The position numbers and the translations under genes are program-made. Below the pieces are notes generated by a model that worked only from the letters and a program-made list of their open reading frames with translations, ran no database searches and had not been told where the DNA came from. This document shows, piece after piece, positions 26,759 through 32,455 of a DNA stretch of 32,455 bases (the first letter of the stretch is position 1; each line of letters begins with the position of its first letter). Where the stretch lies: assembly GCA_020072655.1 (NCBI GenBank), contig JAIQGH010000013.1:1-32455 (forward strand), in the 5' to 3' direction. Source of the stretch: Terriglobia bacterium. Lineage in GTDB: Bacteria > Acidobacteriota > Terriglobia > UBA7540.

Positions 26759-28825
26759 TCAGAAATTCGGAGCGCCCGCGGGAGGGGAATGGGGCAAAAC
26801 CGAGTTCTCGGCGGAGTTGCCCACCCCTTGGGCCACCCTGACGCCGCCGAGGCGGTGGACGTAGCGGTTGACGCCGCGGTAGAGGGCGTCGGCGATTCTT
26901 TGCCGGTGATCGGATTTCTTCATCAACCGTTCGTCTTGGGGATTGGTCAGGAAGGAAATTTCCGCCAGGATCGAGGGCATATTGGCGCCAATGAGCACTA
27001 CGAATGGAGCCTTCTTGACGCCGCGGTCTTTCCCTGCCCCCGTGGTCTTTCGCAAGTGCGCATAGACTTCGCGCTGCACCTGCATGGCGAAGTCGTGTGA
27101 CTCCTCGATCTTCTCGGTCAGCACGATCTTCTTAATGAGGTCCTGGAGTTCGTGGACGGATTCCTGGGTGGTGGCGTTTTCGCGCGCAGCCACTTCCAGG
27201 GCTTCCGGGCTGGAGGTGAAGTTCAGGAAATAAGTCTCGATTCCTCGCGCTCGCTTGTCGCGGCTGGCATTGGCGTGGATAGAGATGAACAGGTCGGCGC
27301 CTTTTTGGTTGGCAATGGCGGTTCGCTCTTCGAGGGGGATAAAAGTGTCGCCGGAGCGCGTCATGATGACCTCCGCACCGGCCTTTTCCTCAACGAGCTT
27401 CTTCAGTCGAAGCGCCACGTCGAGCACCACGTCCTTTTCCTTCAACCCAGTGGGTCCGATAGTCCCCGTGTCGTGCCCGCCGTGTCCGGGATCGATGACG
27501 ATCCGGGCGATCTTGAGCCCCAGCGCGCGCGTCAGCGTCCGCGAACCCGCCGCGGTTGGAGATGGAGCCTTGATCGGCGCGGCGGTCCCGCGGGGCGTCG
27601 TGCCCGTGGACTCGACCTTTCTTGTCGTCGTAGCGGGCGGAAGAGAACGCGTGGTCAGGGCAGCGGCTTCTTGCGTCGGGGGTTCGGACTCTTTCGCGCG
27701 ACTACCGGCAGTTGGTTCTTCAGTGGGCGTGGCGGGGCCGACTTGGGCGATGTTCTCTTTATTTTCATGGGTAACAGGTTTCGCCCCGCTCGGAGCAGCC
27801 ACCGCTGGTTTGCTCCCTTCGGCAGTCTCCGTTGCCGCCGAGGCGACTGCGGGAGTTTCCTTCACGTTCTGGGAAGTCTTCTCCGCAACCTCGACTGGTG
27901 GGCCGTTGATATCGATGACCAGGCGAAAGGGGTTCGGCAGCGTGAAAACGGAGTAGTCCTCAATCTTCTCCACGTCCAGGACGACGCGCGTCACCGTGGG
28001 ATGAAACTGGCCAACCCGCACCTGACGAAGGAACCCGTTTTCGACGGGAAACGTCTTGCCCACCAGCGCTGGACTGAGGCGGGAGTTGAGCAGGTCGAGG
28101 ACGATGCGGTCCGGGTTGGGGACGCGGTTCGATTCGAATTTCACCTCCCCTTCCACGTTGATGACGATGCGCGTGTAACTCGGGCCCACCCAGCGGCGCA
28201 ACGCCGTCACTTCCGCGAGGCCCGCCGGCGACCTCCGCTCGGGCCTGGTGGCTTTCTCCGCAGCCGCTTCGGCCTGTTCGGCGGCCTGACGGTCGATGAG
28301 CTTGATCTGCTCCCGCGCGTCCGTTGCCCGGGCCGACCGGGGGAACTTGTCGATGAAATCCTGGTAGGCTTGGCGTGCCTTCTCGGTATCGCCCAGATCG
28401 GAGCGGTACACTTCTGCAATTCTGAACAGGGCCTCCCGTGAGAGCGCCGCGCCGGGGTACTGCTCGCTCAGATGCTGGTAGGCCTGGATGGCGCCGCGGT
28501 GATACTCGTCCTGCGAGAATCGCCGTCCCATTTCGCCGGTGAGCTCCGCAACGGCGAAAAGGGCAGCCGGGGCCTTGCCACAAGCAGGGTCGTAGAACGG
28601 CACAAGTTTGAAGGCGTGAATGACTTTTTCGTACTCAGATTTCGGTTGGGAATTTTCTGGGCGCGAATTGAGCGCGGCCCTCAAGCGCTGGGCGTTTTCG
28701 TAGGCTTTCTCGGCGCGTTGCCGCCGCGTGGCGGCATCCGCCAAGGGAGACAAGGGAAAGGAGGCCAGCAGGCTGGCAAGCAGGAAAGCTAATGCGAAAG
28801 TTACTTGACGATTGCTCCGCCTCAA
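26759..28825 (-). CDS. N-acetylmuramoyl-L-alanine amidase (AmiC-like) with N-terminal TPR-like and AMIN domains
   Basis: Signal peptide, then TPR-like repeats (QAYQHLSEQYPG...FRIAEVY...ARQAYQDFIDKFP), an AMIN domain (YTRIVINVEGEVKFES...DRIVLDL), a Pro/Thr/Ala-rich linker, and an Amidase_3 domain (IVIDPGHGGHDTG...ADLFISIHANAS). Confidence 0.8.
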   Translation of the reverse strand: MRRSNRQVTFALAFLLASLLASFPLSPLADAATRRQRAEKAYENAQRLRAALNSRPENSQPKSEYEKVIHAFKLVPFYDPACGKAPAALFAVAELTGEMGRRFSQDEYHRGAIQAYQHLSEQYPGAALSREALFRIAEVYRSDLGDTEKARQAYQDFIDKFPRSARATDAREQIKLIDRQAAEQAEAAAEKATRPERRSPAGLAEVTALRRWVGPSYTRIVINVEGEVKFESNRVPNPDRIVLDLLNSRLSPALVGKTFPVENGFLRQVRVGQFHPTVTRVVLDVEKIEDYSVFTLPNPFRLVIDINGPPVEVAEKTSQNVKETPAVASAATETAEGSKPAVAAPSGAKPVTHENKENIAQVGPATPTEEPTAGSRAKESEPPTQEAAALTTRSLPPATTTRKVESTGTTPRGTAAPIKAPSPTAAGSRTLTRALGLKIARIVIDPGHGGHDTGTIGPTGLKEKDVVLDVALRLKKLVEEKAGAEVIMTRSGDTFIPLEERTAIANQKGADLFISIHANASRDKRARGIETYFLNFTSSPEALEVAARENATTQESVHELQDLIKKIVLTEKIEESHDFAMQVQREVYAHLRKTTGAGKDRGVKKAPFVVLIGANMPSILAEISFLTNPQDERLMKKSDHRQRIADALYRGVNRYVHRLGGVRVAQGVGNSAENSVLPHSPPAGAPNF

Positions 28826-28902
28826 CCGTTCTGTCTCCGCAACCGTCCGGGAGCGACGGGGGCACGGAAATCACGCCGGCCCGCGCCGGTGCCCGGGCCT
28901 AA

Positions 28903-29610
28903 CTAGAGTTCATCCCCATTGGTGTAATGCACCACTCCTCTGGCGTCGACGTAACGATAGATCGGAAGCTTCGGAGGCTCCTTGGCCTTCAATTCCTCGC
29001 CCTTGGGAGGGGTCGTGGACGCGTAGAGGTCGCTGACCTTGCGCACATAATTCTTCGTCTCGTTGAAATTCGGGACGCCGCCCTGCCGCAAGACGGAATT
29101 CTCTCCCGCGTTGTAAGCGGCTAGCGACAGTGTCAGGTCGCCCCCGAAGAGATTGAGCAGATGGCGCAGGTATGAGACGCCACCTTGAATGTTCTGCTGT
29201 GGGTCGAATGGGTTTTCGACTCCAAACCGCAGCGCCGTCGCAGGGATGAGTTGCATCAAGCCCATGGCGCCTTTGTTCGAAACGGCGTTAGGGTTGTACT
29301 CAGACTCCGCTTGGATGATGGCGTGGACAAGCTTGGGATCAACCTGGGAACGCGTGGCCGCCTGGCGGACTAGCCGGTCGATCTCAGCGGGAGGGGGAGC
29401 GAGGGCAAAACGACCCGATCGGAACGAATGCATTGTGAGCCCGTTGGCCGAGGTGGCCGCGTTTCCTGTGTTGACATAAACCTTGTGCCCGTGCTCATCG
29501 ATCAGGCAAACGATCTGGTCGGCCCTGGCAGGGATCGAAAGCGTGGCAACGCAGAGGAATGCCAGACCCAAGTCCCCTTTGCGCGAAGATGATCGGGAAA
29601 AATAAGCCAT
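28903..29610 (-). CDS. lytic transglycosylase (SLT domain)
   Basis: SLT catalytic motif AIIQAESEYNPNAVSNKGAMGLMQL plus AYNAGENSV. Start chosen at the internal Met that gives a signal peptide (MAYFSRSSSRKGDLGLAFLCVATLSIPARA). The ORF extends to 29703. Confidence 0.72.
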   Translation of the reverse strand: MAYFSRSSSRKGDLGLAFLCVATLSIPARADQIVCLIDEHGHKVYVNTGNAATSANGLTMHSFRSGRFALAPPPAEIDRLVRQAATRSQVDPKLVHAIIQAESEYNPNAVSNKGAMGLMQLIPATALRFGVENPFDPQQNIQGGVSYLRHLLNLFGGDLTLSLAAYNAGENSVLRQGGVPNFNETKNYVRKVSDLYASTTPPKGEELKAKEPPKLPIYRYVDARGVVHYTNGDEL

Positions 29611-30013
29611 CGAGCTCCGCCCCCCGGCTCGGAGGGTAAAGAACTCATTCCCCTCTCGTTTCCCCAGGCCACCGGCCGAAGACTTTCCCGGCTGACAGCC
29701 CATCCTCAGCGCGCGGGGCGTCGCTGGCGCTCGGCATTTCCCGCAGCGAAATGGGACTTCCGCGGTCCCTAAAAACTGGGCCGATTATAACATTCTCAAA
29801 AGGCCAGGGCAACGTCGTCCAAATTCAGATTCCCAAGGCGCGCGAACCTGTGCCTCTCTCGCGGTGAGCTGCGGTGGACCCAACCAAGACCCCTGACGCA
29901 CGTCAATCTCTTGAAAGACCCCAGGGTGGGTGATATCTTGATTGGTCAAAATTGTCGCGACTGACCCCACCATCTGTCCGCGTCCCTGAGTTCCTCTTGG
30001 AGGGTGGCAATTG

Positions 30014-32455
<2,442 letters not shown>

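Noticed and set aside
27152-28583. 429-aa and 233-aa plus-strand and 207-aa minus-strand ORFs over the amidase gene
   Set aside because: Antisense or off-frame of the PT-rich linker region gives long open frames. The amidase frame carries all recognised domains.

Overview
High-GC bacterial chromosomal window. The outer thirds are ordinary housekeeping DNA. Left flank (1-10.6 kb): L-lactate permease, an MFS transporter, an atypical receiver protein, small membrane proteins, an NfeD-flotillin operon, a beta-carbonic-anhydrase-like protein coupled to an MgtC/DUF4010 membrane protein, and a secreted hypothetical. Right flank (25.6-32.5 kb): a secreted protein, a TPR-AMIN N-acetylmuramoyl-L-alanine amidase, a lytic transglycosylase, and aconitase A, which runs off the window end. 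The central ~14.7 kb (10625-25345) is a site-specifically integrated mobile element inserted into the 3' end of a tRNA-Thr(CGU) gene. An intact tRNA sits at 25298-25373 on the minus strand, and a 48-bp direct repeat of its 3' portion is at 10625-10672. A tyrosine integrase and excisionase lie at the tRNA-proximal end. The element carries a cI/cro-like divergent switch (XRE repressor and a leaderless RHH protein), a replication module (wHTH initiator with 33-bp-periodic iterons inside its own CDS, plus a DnaB-family helicase), and an ArdC-N-like ssDNA-binding protein. It also carries a clamp-loader-like AAA+ ATPase, a second small tyrosine recombinase, a fused HTH-XRE/ImmA-peptidase gene overlapping a PIN-like nuclease gene (predicted toxin-antitoxin or abortive-infection module), and a left-end cargo operon (Zn-ribbon protein, GNAT acetyltransferase, Gly-zipper-like proteins). 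No capsid, terminase, portal or tail genes are visible, so it looks like a replicative integrative element or satellite rather than a complete prophage. Several intergenic low-complexity or inverted-repeat blocks flank the NfeD-flotillin operon.
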